Virus record (IMG/VR): IMGVR_UViG_3300010398_001198
Span: 32,001 to 96,000 of that record
Strand: one strand, 5' to 3'
Length of the DNA stretch: 64,000 bases
From: a virus
Shown in pieces: positions 47,122 to 56,713 of the stretch (its first letter is position 1; every line of letters starts with the position of its first letter). Below the pieces are notes generated by a model. The model saw only the letters and a program-made list of their open reading frames with translations, did no database searches and was not told the origin of the DNA. Both the position numbers and the translations under genes were made by a program.

Positions 47122-47441
47122 GGTTCAGTCTGCTGCTGTGGGGCATCCCCAGCCAGGCCCAGGATGTCCGCTTTCACGACTGCGGACCGGCCATGCTGTT
47201 TCTGGGGGACTGTGCGCCGCCGCCTGACAGCAGTGCACCGCCTGTCCCGGTGGCACCACCCTCGCCGCTCTTTACTCCAGAGACGGTGGCGCGGGATACC
47301 CCGCCCGTCATGCTCGACTTGCTCAATGAGCCCACGCCGGACCGTGCCCGTGCCTTTCTGGCTTGGCAACAGACACGCCTTGCCCGTATCAAGGAGGTGA
47401 CCGCGCTGCTCCAACGTCTGGCAAAGGAGCGGCAACCATGA
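47091..47441 (+). CDS. Secreted protein resembling the TraF N-terminal helical region
   Basis: Signal peptide; LLNEPTPDRARAFLAWQQ. Confidence 0.5.
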   Translation: MSVTTLAYAVGFSLLLWGIPSQAQDVRFHDCGPAMLFLGDCAPPPDSSAPPVPVAPPSPLFTPETVARDTPPVMLDLLNEPTPDRARAFLAWQQTRLARIKEVTALLQRLAKERQP

Positions 47442-47794
47442 AGGAGACCATCCTGTTACCCGTCCGTCCGCAGGGCCGTGGCACCTCGACGCAGACGCGC
47501 TGGGCACGCTGGCAGGACTCCGCCACCAATCAGCGCTTCTTGTCGCTGAAGGCTCGCGAGCAAGGGTACACCGTGGTCTATGTGCCCCGGCAGTGTGAAG
47601 AGGTGTTCCTCGAGTTCGTCGGGCTGATGACGGTCTACAGCCATCTCGCCCCGCGGCGGGCCTGTCCCGAGGATGTCACGCTGGCCTGGCAGCGCTGGTG
47701 TACGCTGCTGCGCCGCCTGACGGCCTATTTTACCCGACGGCGTGCCGGTCAGTCTGGCACCTGTCCCCTTATGGAGGAGGAATCACATGCGTAA
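47438..47794 (+). CDS. Hypothetical protein
   Basis: ATGA-coupled operon gene. Confidence 0.55.
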   Translation: MKETILLPVRPQGRGTSTQTRWARWQDSATNQRFLSLKAREQGYTVVYVPRQCEEVFLEFVGLMTVYSHLAPRRACPEDVTLAWQRWCTLLRRLTAYFTRRRAGQSGTCPLMEEESHA

Positions 47795-48113
47795 AGCGCT
47801 CTGGTGGGGGCTGCTGTGTGGCATGCTCTGGCTGGCGAGTGTCGGTGGGGCGGCCTGGCTGCTGCACCGTTTTGCCCTCGCGCCACGTCCTGGGGATTTT
47901 GAACGGATCGCCATGTTTCGGATGGGTCTGGATGCCGCCATGGTGGAAGTGGAGTGTCTGGGGTTACGACCCCCCTACCGTGCGTGGCATAAGGATCAGG
48001 ACTATGTCAACCTGTTATTTTTTGCGCAACCGGCGAGTTGTGACACGCTCCAGCATGTGCTGGATATCGCGCATCAACCCTTCTCCCTGCGGGCCCCGGA
48101 ACGGAGATTCTAA
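47787..48113 (+). CDS. Membrane-anchored hypothetical protein
   Basis: MRKALWWGLLCGMLW...; RBS GGAGGAGG. Confidence 0.65.
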   Translation: MRKALWWGLLCGMLWLASVGGAAWLLHRFALAPRPGDFERIAMFRMGLDAAMVEVECLGLRPPYRAWHKDQDYVNLLFFAQPASCDTLQHVLDIAHQPFSLRAPERRF

Positions 48114-48116
48114 GCG

Positions 48117-49967
48117 ATGCCTCTCAGTGCGAAATTCCCTGCCCTTGAGACCACGTTGACTGCGCTCGCGGGTGGGCTGTGTCTGGCGAGTGGCTTCGGG
48201 CCTCCAGTCCTCCTGCCTGCTGCAGTCCAGCCCCTGGCGCTGGCGGCAGCGGGGGCCTGGGGTCTGCGGCGCACGCTCGCCCTCGATCACGCCCTCGCCC
48301 GCTGGTGGCGCTGGCATCATGGCCCCTCATGGCGCGTCACCGTCGATGTCCTGTCCCACGTCGAGGGCTGCCTCCTCGGCAAAGCCTTTCGGCTGGAAGC
48401 CCGCCACACGCAACTCCTTGAGGATATTCTGCGCACCGATGGCGCCCTGCCGCTCGACCGTGGCCCCCGCGGGGGCTATCCCCTGCTGCATGCCGTCGGG
48501 GAGGCAGAGGAAGTAGACCAGGTGCTCTCCGATGCCGAACTGGGGCGCCACACGCTGATCACGGGCACGCCAGGGAGTGGCAAAACCCGCGCCCTCGCCA
48601 TGATTGCCTCGTCGCTCATGCAACGGCCGGGAGCGGTGGTCATGATCGATCCCAAAGGCGACCGCGAGCTCATGCTGCACTGTGCGGCGGAAGCCAAGCG
48701 CCACGGCAAACCCTGGGCCGTGCTTACCCCGGCCTTTCCGCAGCTCTCGGCCACCATGAACGTCCTGGATACCTGTCGTACCCCCGCCGAAGTGGCCATG
48801 CGCGTGCATGCCCTGATGCCGAGTGCCGGCGGCCGCAGCAATGAGCCGTTCTTTGAACAGTATGCCCTGGCGTTGATCGAACGCATTGCCGATATCCAGC
48901 AACGCTTGGGGCAGCAGCATGGGCATCCGGTCGGGAATCCCTGGACGCTTGCGGACCTCTATCGCCCTGCAGTGCTCCGGCTGGATCTGCTCATGCTCGT
49001 TGATACCTATCTCGAGGCCATCGGTATCCCCAACACCCCGTTCAAGGGACGGAAGGGGAGCCGCTTCGACCATCGCTTTGCCCATTACCGGGCCACAGGA
49101 TTGCGGGACATGACGATCGATGCGCTCCTGGATGACCTGGAGAAACCGCGGGACCATTTCACCAAAGTAACGGCGACCCTGATTCCTACCTTTAGGGGCG
49201 TGGTGGGGGAACCGCTGGAACGCCTGCTCTCCACGGTGCCGGCCGACCTCACCTGGACGCGCATCGCGGAGGACGGGATGGTGGTGTATGTGGCGCTGGC
49301 TTCGATGCTGTTAGGGGATGATGCCAACCGCATTGGCCGCGTCATCCTGCAAGACCTCATCGGCTTTCTCGGCCAACGGTATGCGTACGCAGATGCGGCA
49401 CAGGCTTCGCCCATTACCGTGCTCGTGGACGAGCTCTATGAGGTGCTCTATCCGCAGTTTACGACCGCCCTGGCCATGTCCCGTGGCGCCCGGTGTCGGT
49501 GGATTCTGGCGCAGCAGTCCCTCGCCCATACGGCGGCGAAACTTGGACGCGATACCGCCCGCGTGCTGCTCGATAACTGTACGACGCGCCTCTATTTCCA
49601 ACTCGCCGACAAGGAGACTGCCGAAGATGTCTCGGAGAGCTTGGGGACCTGTACGATTGACGTGCCGGCGCGGCGGCCTGACGTGACCAATGCCTACGGC
49701 GGGAGTGGCGGATTGGCCGGTGCGGCCCGCAAGGGCTTCAAGGCAGAACGGGTGCCACTCATCCGGCCCGAGTGGCTCTATGCGCTCCCCATTGGGGAGT
49801 ATGTGGGCCGGATTCAAGGGGTGCCCGTCAAAGGGCGCATCCCGTTGCTCACCCTGCCGGATGAGGCAGCACGGACCCAGTTGGGCTTGCACGATCCCTG
49901 GCAGGCCCTCAACCCGGCAGCCCCACGGCTGCTGCCAATGCCAACGACAGAGGAGATCGCACCATGA
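48117..49967 (+). CDS. traD: Type IV coupling protein TraD/VirD4
   Basis: N-terminal TMs, RHTLITGTPGSGKT, MIDPKGD, VLVDE..E, SRGA....LAQQS. Confidence 0.92.
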   Translation: MPLSAKFPALETTLTALAGGLCLASGFGPPVLLPAAVQPLALAAAGAWGLRRTLALDHALARWWRWHHGPSWRVTVDVLSHVEGCLLGKAFRLEARHTQLLEDILRTDGALPLDRGPRGGYPLLHAVGEAEEVDQVLSDAELGRHTLITGTPGSGKTRALAMIASSLMQRPGAVVMIDPKGDRELMLHCAAEAKRHGKPWAVLTPAFPQLSATMNVLDTCRTPAEVAMRVHALMPSAGGRSNEPFFEQYALALIERIADIQQRLGQQHGHPVGNPWTLADLYRPAVLRLDLLMLVDTYLEAIGIPNTPFKGRKGSRFDHRFAHYRATGLRDMTIDALLDDLEKPRDHFTKVTATLIPTFRGVVGEPLERLLSTVPADLTWTRIAEDGMVVYVALASMLLGDDANRIGRVILQDLIGFLGQRYAYADAAQASPITVLVDELYEVLYPQFTTALAMSRGARCRWILAQQSLAHTAAKLGRDTARVLLDNCTTRLYFQLADKETAEDVSESLGTCTIDVPARRPDVTNAYGGSGGLAGAARKGFKAERVPLIRPEWLYALPIGEYVGRIQGVPVKGRIPLLTLPDEAARTQLGLHDPWQALNPAAPRLLPMPTTEEIAP

Positions 49968-50344
49968 GACGACTACTCATCCTGGGCCTGAGTGTGGCCC
50001 TCACGGGCTGTGTCGCCACAGGCACGAAAGTCAGCCAGGACCGGCTGACCCACTTTGCCGAAGGGCAGACGCTCTGTACCGACATGGTGGCCGAGCTCGG
50101 GCCACCGACGCAGGAGACCCTGCGCAGTGACAAGACCCGCCAACTCACCTATAGCTACAGTCAGATGCAGGTGAATCCCCTGTCCTTTATCCCGGTGGCC
50201 GGCGCGTTTATCCGGAGCGGGAGCCAGGAGAACACGGCGGTGCTGATCGAATGTGATGCGCGGGGGGTGCTGGTCACCTACGAGTTGCAGCAGGGGCAGA
50301 GCACGACCGGGACCGGGTTCGTGAGTGGGGGGCGGCAAAAGTAG
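49964..50344 (+). CDS. SmpA/OmlA-like lipoprotein (possible entry exclusion)
   Basis: Lipobox LTGC; ELGPP..T...YSY. Confidence 0.7.
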   Translation: MRRLLILGLSVALTGCVATGTKVSQDRLTHFAEGQTLCTDMVAELGPPTQETLRSDKTRQLTYSYSQMQVNPLSFIPVAGAFIRSGSQENTAVLIECDARGVLVTYELQQGQSTTGTGFVSGGRQK

Positions 50345-50463
50345 CCGCCCGCTGGGTAGTGACGGCGGAGCGAGCGGACGCGGCTTTCGCCCTTGCCTCA
50401 CAGGGGGTTCGAGGGCGGGTGTCGCGGCCTGGCGCAAGTGACAGACCGGAAGCGAGGTGGGGA

Positions 50464-51375
50464 ATGCCGACCTTAGAGGGGCAGTTGGATGCGCTCACGC
50501 GGCGCAACCGGGATGGCTCGCACAAGACGCAGGGGGATCGGCGGCGTATGTTGCATTTGTTTGCGCGGCAACTGCATGAGTTAGGGTATCGGCAGTTGCG
50601 GGCGCAGGATCTGAAGGGGCGGCATCGGAACAAGTTGCTGGCATTGTGGGAGACGCAAGGGATTACGGCGAAGGTGCGAGCGAATCGCATGGCGGTGCTG
50701 AACTGGTGGTATGAGAAGATTGGGAAGCCGGAGCTGATGGCGCGGCGCAATGCGGCGTATGGGATCGCACGGCCAGAGCCGGTCGTCGTCTCGCGGGCGA
50801 AGGTGCTCAGTGCGGCGCAGCTCCTGCAGGTCGAGGATGCGTATGTGCAGATGAGTTTACGGCTGATCCAGGCCTTTGGGCTGCGGCGCAAGGAGAGTCT
50901 GATGCTGTGTCCCCATGCGGCAGATGGGGGCGCAGTCCTGCATATCATGTTCAATTGGGCGAAGAATGGGCGGGCGCGGCAGATACCGATCGTGCAGCCG
51001 GGCCAGCGAGAGGTCTTAGAGGTGGCCAAGGCGCTGGTCCGAGAGCCGGCCGCATCACTCGTGCCGGTGGACCGGACCTTCATCGAGCAAGAGAAGCGGT
51101 TTGATGCATGGGTACACAAGATTGGATTGGGCGGTGCGCATGGGTTGCGGCATGCCTGGGCACAGGCGCGCTATGGGGTCCTCAGTGGGATGGCCTGTCC
51201 CTTGCTGGGGGGACCGTTGTGGTCCGCGATGACCCGTGACGAGCGCCAGCAGGATCGCCAGGCGCGGCAGGAGTTGACACGGGAATTGGGGCATGAGCGC
51301 GTGAGTCAAGTGGCCACCTATATCGGCACGAATCGGCCTGTACGTCCTCGCAGCGTCTCACCATCAAGTGATTAG
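50464..51375 (+). CDS. Tyrosine recombinase (Integrase_1/Phage_int_SAM_2 type)
   Basis: GSHKTQ..R..L; catalytic set FGLRRKE, WAKNGR, HGLRH, LGHER, TYIG all intact. Confidence 0.9.
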   Translation: MPTLEGQLDALTRRNRDGSHKTQGDRRRMLHLFARQLHELGYRQLRAQDLKGRHRNKLLALWETQGITAKVRANRMAVLNWWYEKIGKPELMARRNAAYGIARPEPVVVSRAKVLSAAQLLQVEDAYVQMSLRLIQAFGLRRKESLMLCPHAADGGAVLHIMFNWAKNGRARQIPIVQPGQREVLEVAKALVREPAASLVPVDRTFIEQEKRFDAWVHKIGLGGAHGLRHAWAQARYGVLSGMACPLLGGPLWSAMTRDERQQDRQARQELTRELGHERVSQVATYIGTNRPVRPRSVSPSSD

Positions 51376-51511
51376 AGTCAGTGGGGCATGCATCTGGGTT
51401 CCTCCAGGGCATGGGAGTATCTCCGGACTCCCCCCATGAGACGCGATGCTGTCACCGTAGTAAGCAGCACCAGACGACCGAATCTATAGAAACAGCACAG
51501 TCAAAGAGCGG

Positions 51512-51543
51512 CCTGAGACGAGGTGCTGTTCACCCGTCTCAGG
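51512..51543. repeat. Perfect 9-bp inverted repeat in the non-coding gap
   Basis: CCTGAGACG-N14-CGTCTCAGG. Confidence 0.7.
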
Positions 51544-52145
51544 GTCCATCGGGACTTAGGGTGTCAGCGCAGGGCCGGCACCGTAGAGCTGGGACAGGAG
51601 CGCCTTGAACTGCGGCCAGGAGCCGAGTCCAGGCGGCGGAGGTGCAGGAGGCACCGCCATGGGGGGAGCGGCTGTGGGCGACGGCGAGCGGCGGGGGCTC
51701 CAGGACCGCGGAGCGAGACGCCAGCCAGCGGGCCGGACACAGCGAGAATGGGGCTCACCATAGAACACGGGCGATGTCTCGAACATACGCAACCTCCTTG
51801 GGCTGGTGCGCGGGCGGCAGACGACTGGCTGTGTGGTCATTGCGAGCCGCGCCTGGCGGGTGCATAACCCAACCAGACGCAGCACAGGCAAGACGACCTG
51901 AGCCACGCAACGTCGTATCGCAGCGCATCAGCAGGGAAAAGGGCTGTGACGGGGGTAGAGAGGGTGTCACAGCAGGAGCCCAACGGTGTGGGCAGGCGTA
52001 CCAGGAGTGGTACGGAGGACCGGCCCAAAGAGCCGGGGTGCTAGGCGCATGCCTAACAGATACGCACAGTGTAGCCTGGGCAGGCGAGGGAACGCAAGCA
52101 AAATGTTCCCCCTGGAGACCGGCACGAGGGGGCCGCAGCGGGCGC

Positions 52146-53174
52146 TTACTTGCCGACGATGGCCTGATGGCTCTCTTCCGCGATCTTGATGAGCGCCACG
52201 CGCAAGGCGGCCTCATAGTCCCCGCCGGCGAGCCGCGTCTGTTGATAGGTCAGCAGGAACATGGCGAGGTGGTCGCGATAGCGGTCGGGCAGGTAGGGCA
52301 GGACGGTGCCCTGTTGCAGGGCGGTGACGGCCTGCCGAATGTCCGGTTCTGGAGCAAGGGGGGCATCTGCCTGGACGGGCCAGAGCAGCGTCAGGAGGCA
52401 GAGCCCGGTGAGGACAGGACGTAGAGCGGCGAATCGTACGAGAGTCGTGATCATAGGTGCTTTCCTTGCATGGTGGAAGAGAAGGCCCCGCTAGGGGGCC
52501 TCGTGCAGCGCCTCACGGTCGGCCTGGCGCTGCGTCAGCACGCGGTGCAGGTCGTCCACCGTGGTGGAGGGCATGACCCAGAGCACCTCAGCGGCAACGT
52601 GCAGCTCGATACTGCGGCGGACGGCCTTGGCCACGCGGACGGCCTCGGCGAAGACGGCCTCGAGGGGCGCGTCGGGGTGGGCCTTCAGGAGCAGAAAGGT
52701 CGGGTGCGTCATGGGGTCTCCTTCTTTGGTCGCTGTCTTTGCCATATCCACCCTCCGTGCTCAGACTCAGGTTCGATGGTCGTGACGAGGGCGAGCGCAT
52801 CCTCAAAGAGACGGTCAAAGAACGCCCTGGGTTGTCCCGACGCCCCTGGATAGAGGGCAACATAGCGTTTGGCAATGTCGAGCAATGCCTCAGCGGCCTG
52901 GGCGAGCCGTGCGTCACGGTTGTCTGGGGTCATCGTCGGTCTCCTTTCTGCCCGTGCGGGCGGGCGTGGTCTTGCGCCAGAGCGTCCGCCAGGGCGTCAG
53001 CATGGCATCCGAGGGCAGCAGCGTCACGGTGCCATCGTCGTGTTCCTCGACCAGGTACTCATCATAGCCCTTGCCATAGTCGCGGCGATGGCGCTCGTAG
53101 GGAATGGGGGCGTAGCCGTCGAGATGGCGGCGGGGCCAGCGTCCGTAGGGACTGTTGGGGATCGTGAGGCTCAT
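52146..53174 (-). CDS. Four small coupled hypothetical genes (52146-52454, 52491-52751, 52709-52933, 52914-53174)
   Basis: RBS-preceded, overlapping ORFs on the minus strand. Confidence 0.55.
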
Positions 53175-53186
53175 CGGTTCTCCTTG

Positions 53187-53708
53187 CTAGCTGTTGGCAC
53201 GGAGATACAGCGCAAGACCATCATGCCGGCTGGGGTCGAGCGCCAGAATCTCATCGTAGACATCAATGACCTCACGGGCAAACTGCCGCGCGGCCGTGCG
53301 CAGGCTGGCGATCCCGGAGTGACTACAGAATAGGGCCACGTCGCCGCGGATCTGTCCGGCAAACTCCTCGGCCGTGCCAAAGAGATAGCTGACGTGCGGC
53401 GGCTTCTGGGCCAGCAGGACGGTGAGAAACGCCGTGGCCCAGATGGGGTTGGCCTCGATGCAGTAGACGCGGCGCGCATACTGCCCCAGGTGGAGAGCCA
53501 GGAGCCCCAGGCCTCCACCGATCTCCACCACGGTCTTGCCCTCCACCCGTGGGGCGAGATGGGCCGCGACGAGGGCGGCCGTCTCATCATCGGTGATGGT
53601 CAGGATACCGGCGGACGTGACCTGGTGGCGCTGGGCATAGGCGCGCAGCAGGTCTGAGCCCTCAAACGTGGCATAGAGGGTGTCAAGTAACTGGGCATTC
53701 ATAGGCAT
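53187..53708 (-). CDS. Class I SAM-dependent methyltransferase
   Basis: TVVEIGGGLGLL...VYCIEANP. Confidence 0.75.
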   Translation of the reverse strand: MPMNAQLLDTLYATFEGSDLLRAYAQRHQVTSAGILTITDDETAALVAAHLAPRVEGKTVVEIGGGLGLLALHLGQYARRVYCIEANPIWATAFLTVLLAQKPPHVSYLFGTAEEFAGQIRGDVALFCSHSGIASLRTAARQFAREVIDVYDEILALDPSRHDGLALYLRANS

Positions 53709-53721
53709 TCCTCCTTTCATG

Positions 53722-53976
53722 CTAGACGCGCCACAGCGGCGCCCGCAGCAGCCCATCGGCGTCCAGCCCCCGGGCCTCCTGCGTGCGGTCGAGGGCTGCG
53801 GCGGTGTCGATGGTCAGTTGCCCATTATTAAAGCCGAGCACAGGATATTGGTGCTCGGCTTTGTAGGCATCGTCCGGGGGCATCGCCAGGATGCCGACGA
53901 CCATGATGAGGCGCCGGCCCTCTTTCTCGCCCACATCACGGGTAAACACTTGGCCGGTAATATACGGGGTCATCAA
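53722..53976 (-). CDS. Hypothetical protein
   Basis: 84 aa between the methyltransferase and the resolvase. Confidence 0.55.
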   Translation of the reverse strand: MMTPYITGQVFTRDVGEKEGRRLIMVVGILAMPPDDAYKAEHQYPVLGFNNGQLTIDTAAALDRTQEARGLDADGLLRAPLWRV

Positions 53977-53985
53977 GGCTCCTTG

Positions 53986-54561
53986 CTACGGCCTGGGCGG
54001 TTCTGCCGCCAGCGCCTTATAGATCGTCCTTCGCGAACACCCCAGCGTCTGGGCAATCGCCGTGATCTTCTCTCCCCCGCGTCGGAGCGCCTGCGCCTGC
54101 CGTTGTTTGTCCGGCGACAGCACCGGACGCCGTCCGCCCTTATGCCCCCGTGCCCGCGCCGCTTCAAGCCCGGCAATGACGCGCTCGCGGATCATCTCCC
54201 GTTCGAACTCGGCAAAGGCACCAAGCAGATCGAAGAACAGTTTGCCTGCCGTGCTCTGGAGGTCGAGGGCGGCGCCCAGGCCGTCCAGGATGTGCAGCCC
54301 AATCGCCTCAGTGCGGAAGTGGGCGGCGAGCTCTTGCAGATGGAGCAGGGACCGGGCCAGGCGGTCCAGCTTCCAGACGACGAGCGTATCGCCGCTGCGC
54401 AGCACCTGCAAACACTGCGCCAGCCCCGGACGTGCGGTGCGGGCACCGGAGGCTTTGTCGCCGTAGAGGTAGCGTTCGGGGACGCCAGCGGCCAGCAGGG
54501 CATCCCGTTGGAGGTCATACTTCTGGTCACGCGTCGAGACCCGCCAATAGCCGATAAGCAT
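53986..54561 (-). CDS. Serine resolvase/invertase with C-terminal HTH
   Basis: IGYWRVSTRDQ..DLQRDAL...DKASG..RPGL...GDTLVVWKLDRLARS...FEREMIRER...GGRRP...IAQTLGCSRRTIY. Confidence 0.95.
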   Translation of the reverse strand: MLIGYWRVSTRDQKYDLQRDALLAAGVPERYLYGDKASGARTARPGLAQCLQVLRSGDTLVVWKLDRLARSLLHLQELAAHFRTEAIGLHILDGLGAALDLQSTAGKLFFDLLGAFAEFEREMIRERVIAGLEAARARGHKGGRRPVLSPDKQRQAQALRRGGEKITAIAQTLGCSRRTIYKALAAEPPRP

Positions 54562-54668
54562 ACGATATGCCTCGCCTGCCAGCCTGTGGTATGCTAGCAG
54601 GTGCTCGTGTTGAATCCTGTGTGGTGCGAGCGAGCAACGCTCCCACGCTGCTCGCTCATCCTCATCCT

Positions 54669-54866
54669 CTAGTGTTCGTGCCGTCCTTGGTCGTGATGCT
54701 CCTCGATCTTGTCTAACAGGCCGGGATGCTCCCGCTCAAAGGCCCGGCGCTCCGCCGCATCCTTCTCCTGCTGGGCACAGCGGCAATGTGTGGCACACTG
54801 TTCGCAATCGACACAGACGGGTTCCGCATTACACCGAGGGCATTCTTGCCAGAGTTGTCCACGCAT
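54669..54866 (-). CDS. Small Cys-rich (Zn-finger-like) protein
   Basis: CPRC...CVDCEQCATHCRC. Confidence 0.5.
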   Translation of the reverse strand: MRGQLWQECPRCNAEPVCVDCEQCATHCRCAQQEKDAAERRAFEREHPGLLDKIEEHHDQGRHEH

Positions 54867-54984
54867 AGGGTGCCTTTCCGTGGTTTGAGTTCCTCTCCCA
54901 ATACGCACATATTGCTGCACACATTTGCCTGCCATCCAGGGGTTGTTCCTCCTTTCCCGTCCCCGTGGTCCTCAAACAGGTGTT

Positions 54985-55497
54985 TCATCCCATCCCCTCG
55001 AGTCGCCCCGCCTTGAGGTCCTCCCGCAAGGCCATCCAGAGCTTGCCGAGCAGGTTCTGGCCATCATGGTTCGGTCCCCATCCCCAGGTCGCGTCTCGCC
55101 AGGAGTCCTCGACGATCTCGCGGTCCCCCGTCTCCAGCAGCTTCCGCCGCACGTACTCATGCTGTCGGAGCTTGGCGATCAGGATGGCCCGCATCACGGC
55201 CATCCGTCGCTCGTGCCAGGTCGAGGCGACGAGTCCTGCATGGTCCTGCGCCACGCGAAACGCCGCATGCGCCGAGCGGGCGACCCGGATCTGGCATTGC
55301 AGATCACAGGACGCACAATAGATATGGCAGGCATCATCCACGCCAGGATGGCGGAATTTTTCATAGTGATAGACATGCTCACTGGTATCAAAATCCAGCC
55401 CCCGCCAGTGCAGCCGAAAGGGCGCGAAGTTGGACAAACAGTAGAACTCGTCGGGGTAGAAATACACCCGGCTCTCGGTATCCAGTCGATAGGGCAT
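54985..55497 (-). CDS. NADAR (YbiA/DUF1768) family ADP-ribosyl/N-glycosidase
   Basis: FY..EFYCLSNF...F.TSEH.Y...KF...W...R..VM...L.AKL.QH....LL.TG.R.IVE.S..D..WG.G...G.N.LG..WM..RE. Confidence 0.92.
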   Translation of the reverse strand: MPYRLDTESRVYFYPDEFYCLSNFAPFRLHWRGLDFDTSEHVYHYEKFRHPGVDDACHIYCASCDLQCQIRVARSAHAAFRVAQDHAGLVASTWHERRMAVMRAILIAKLRQHEYVRRKLLETGDREIVEDSWRDATWGWGPNHDGQNLLGKLWMALREDLKAGRLEGMG

Positions 55498-55527
55498 AAG
55501 TCTCCTTTCCTTCTCTGTCAGTCTGTG

Positions 55528-55982
55528 CTAGAGGGCCGCACAGCCGTCCTCGTGCCGCTGGGCCAACTCCTGCACGCGCCGCATCTCGCGGGGCCGGACC
55601 CAGGCTTCCAGGGCCGCCATCAGCTCCAGCGCCCCCTGCACCGTCAGGGTTGTGGTGGGTTGCTGCTCCGCAATGGTCAGGCGCAGCCGCTCCCCCACCG
55701 ATCTCTACAGGGTCCATCCTCGCCTGCTTTCTAGGGGGCCGCGTAGGCAGCCCCGGGTGCGCCTACCACGTCTCCGGACGCGAGGGGAGGGCCGTGGTCG
55801 GATAGGTGATCACGCCGGCATCCAAGAGATGCTGCGTGTAGGCAGCTCCCGCAGCCCGCAGCTGCGCCAGCGCCTCCGCAAACCGCACCCCCGGTGCGGG
55901 CGGGGCCGTCCTGGATCTCGTAGTAGTGTGCGGCAAGCTGCCGGGCAACCGCACACCGCGCCTCGGCTGTGCAACAGGACAT
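55528..55982 (-). pseudogene. Two small genes, each with an apparent +1 frameshift in a G5 run
   Basis: Removing one G at 55888-55892 gives ...ARTGVRFAEALAQLRAAG...; removing one at 55692-55696 gives MDPVEIGGERLRLTIAEQ.... Confidence 0.45.
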
Positions 55983-56023
55983 AGCGTCTCTCCTTCTCGG
56001 GGGCCGCTCGGCAGCCCCGGTTC

Positions 56024-56212
56024 TTAGCTCCCCCAGGTCAGGAGCCAGCTTCCTGGGACATGGTGGGGGTCATCTGCCGCGGCACAGGCCGGGCAGAGCG
56101 CCCCCGTCGCCGCCTGGGGGTCGTCCACGAGATACTGGTCGTCCACAACGGCATCGTCGGTGTGCCTATCGCACCGATCACAGGTCATCGGTCCTATCGC
56201 TCTCAGTTCCAT
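56024..56212 (-). CDS. Small Zn-finger-like protein
   Basis: CDRC...CPAC; RBS AAGGAG. Confidence 0.55.
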   Translation of the reverse strand: MELRAIGPMTCDRCDRHTDDAVVDDQYLVDDPQAATGALCPACAAADDPHHVPGSWLLTWGS

Positions 56213-56286
56213 CGTCGTCTCCTTCTGGGGCCTCAGAGGCCCCTCTGGGGATCATACGTGTGCCGCCGACACCATGTCAGCAGCGC

Positions 56287-56688
56287 TCAGGCACGCTCCA
56301 GCACAAACCGCAGGTCCTCTGCGCTGACACGGGACCAGCCGTCGGTGGCACGATACCCACGCTCCTGGAGGACATAGCCGACGGCAAAGCGCGGGGGCTC
56401 CTGCCGCTCATTGATGCGGATCACCTGCCAATCCGAGCCATCCTCCCAGGCGGCCAGAGCCGCCTGGGGGTCTGTGGTTTCGTACGGCGGACCAAGAGGC
56501 TTGCCATACGTCACATCCTCAATGCATACGAGGTCATATTTCCCGCGAAAGGTTGCCCCACAGGTGCGGCACTCAAACTCCAGATGCGTATAGCACCAGG
56601 GGTGGTCATCCTCCAGGGTTGCCTCACACCGGTGGCTCTGACAGATGGGACAGATGGGGCACAAGATCGTCGGATGGGGTCTTGCCAT
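56287..56688 (-). CDS. Hypothetical CxxC protein flanked by a 51-bp diverged direct repeat
   Basis: MARPHPTILCPICPIC...ECRTCG. Confidence 0.6.
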   Translation of the reverse strand: MARPHPTILCPICPICQSHRCEATLEDDHPWCYTHLEFECRTCGATFRGKYDLVCIEDVTYGKPLGPPYETTDPQAALAAWEDGSDWQVIRINERQEPPRFAVGYVLQERGYRATDGWSRVSAEDLRFVLERA

Positions 56689-56713
56689 ACTGTGGCTCCT
56701 TCCTCTGGGCAGC

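Larger units (their letters stand above)
34127..50344 (+). mobile_element. Conjugative type IV secretion gene cluster (F-like/PFGI-1-like)
   Basis: Ordered pilin-L-E-K-B-V-C...H-like, G-like...U...D genes, with Walker motifs in TraC and TraD. Confidence 0.9.

Noticed and set aside
51523-52424. ORFs called in the gap after the recombinase
   Set aside because: Low-complexity translations on both strands, with no RBS or codon bias; treated as non-coding.
53986-54660. Tn3 transposon or fibre shufflon driven by the resolvase
   Set aside because: No transposase, 38-bp terminal repeats or inverted fibre cassettes are visible.
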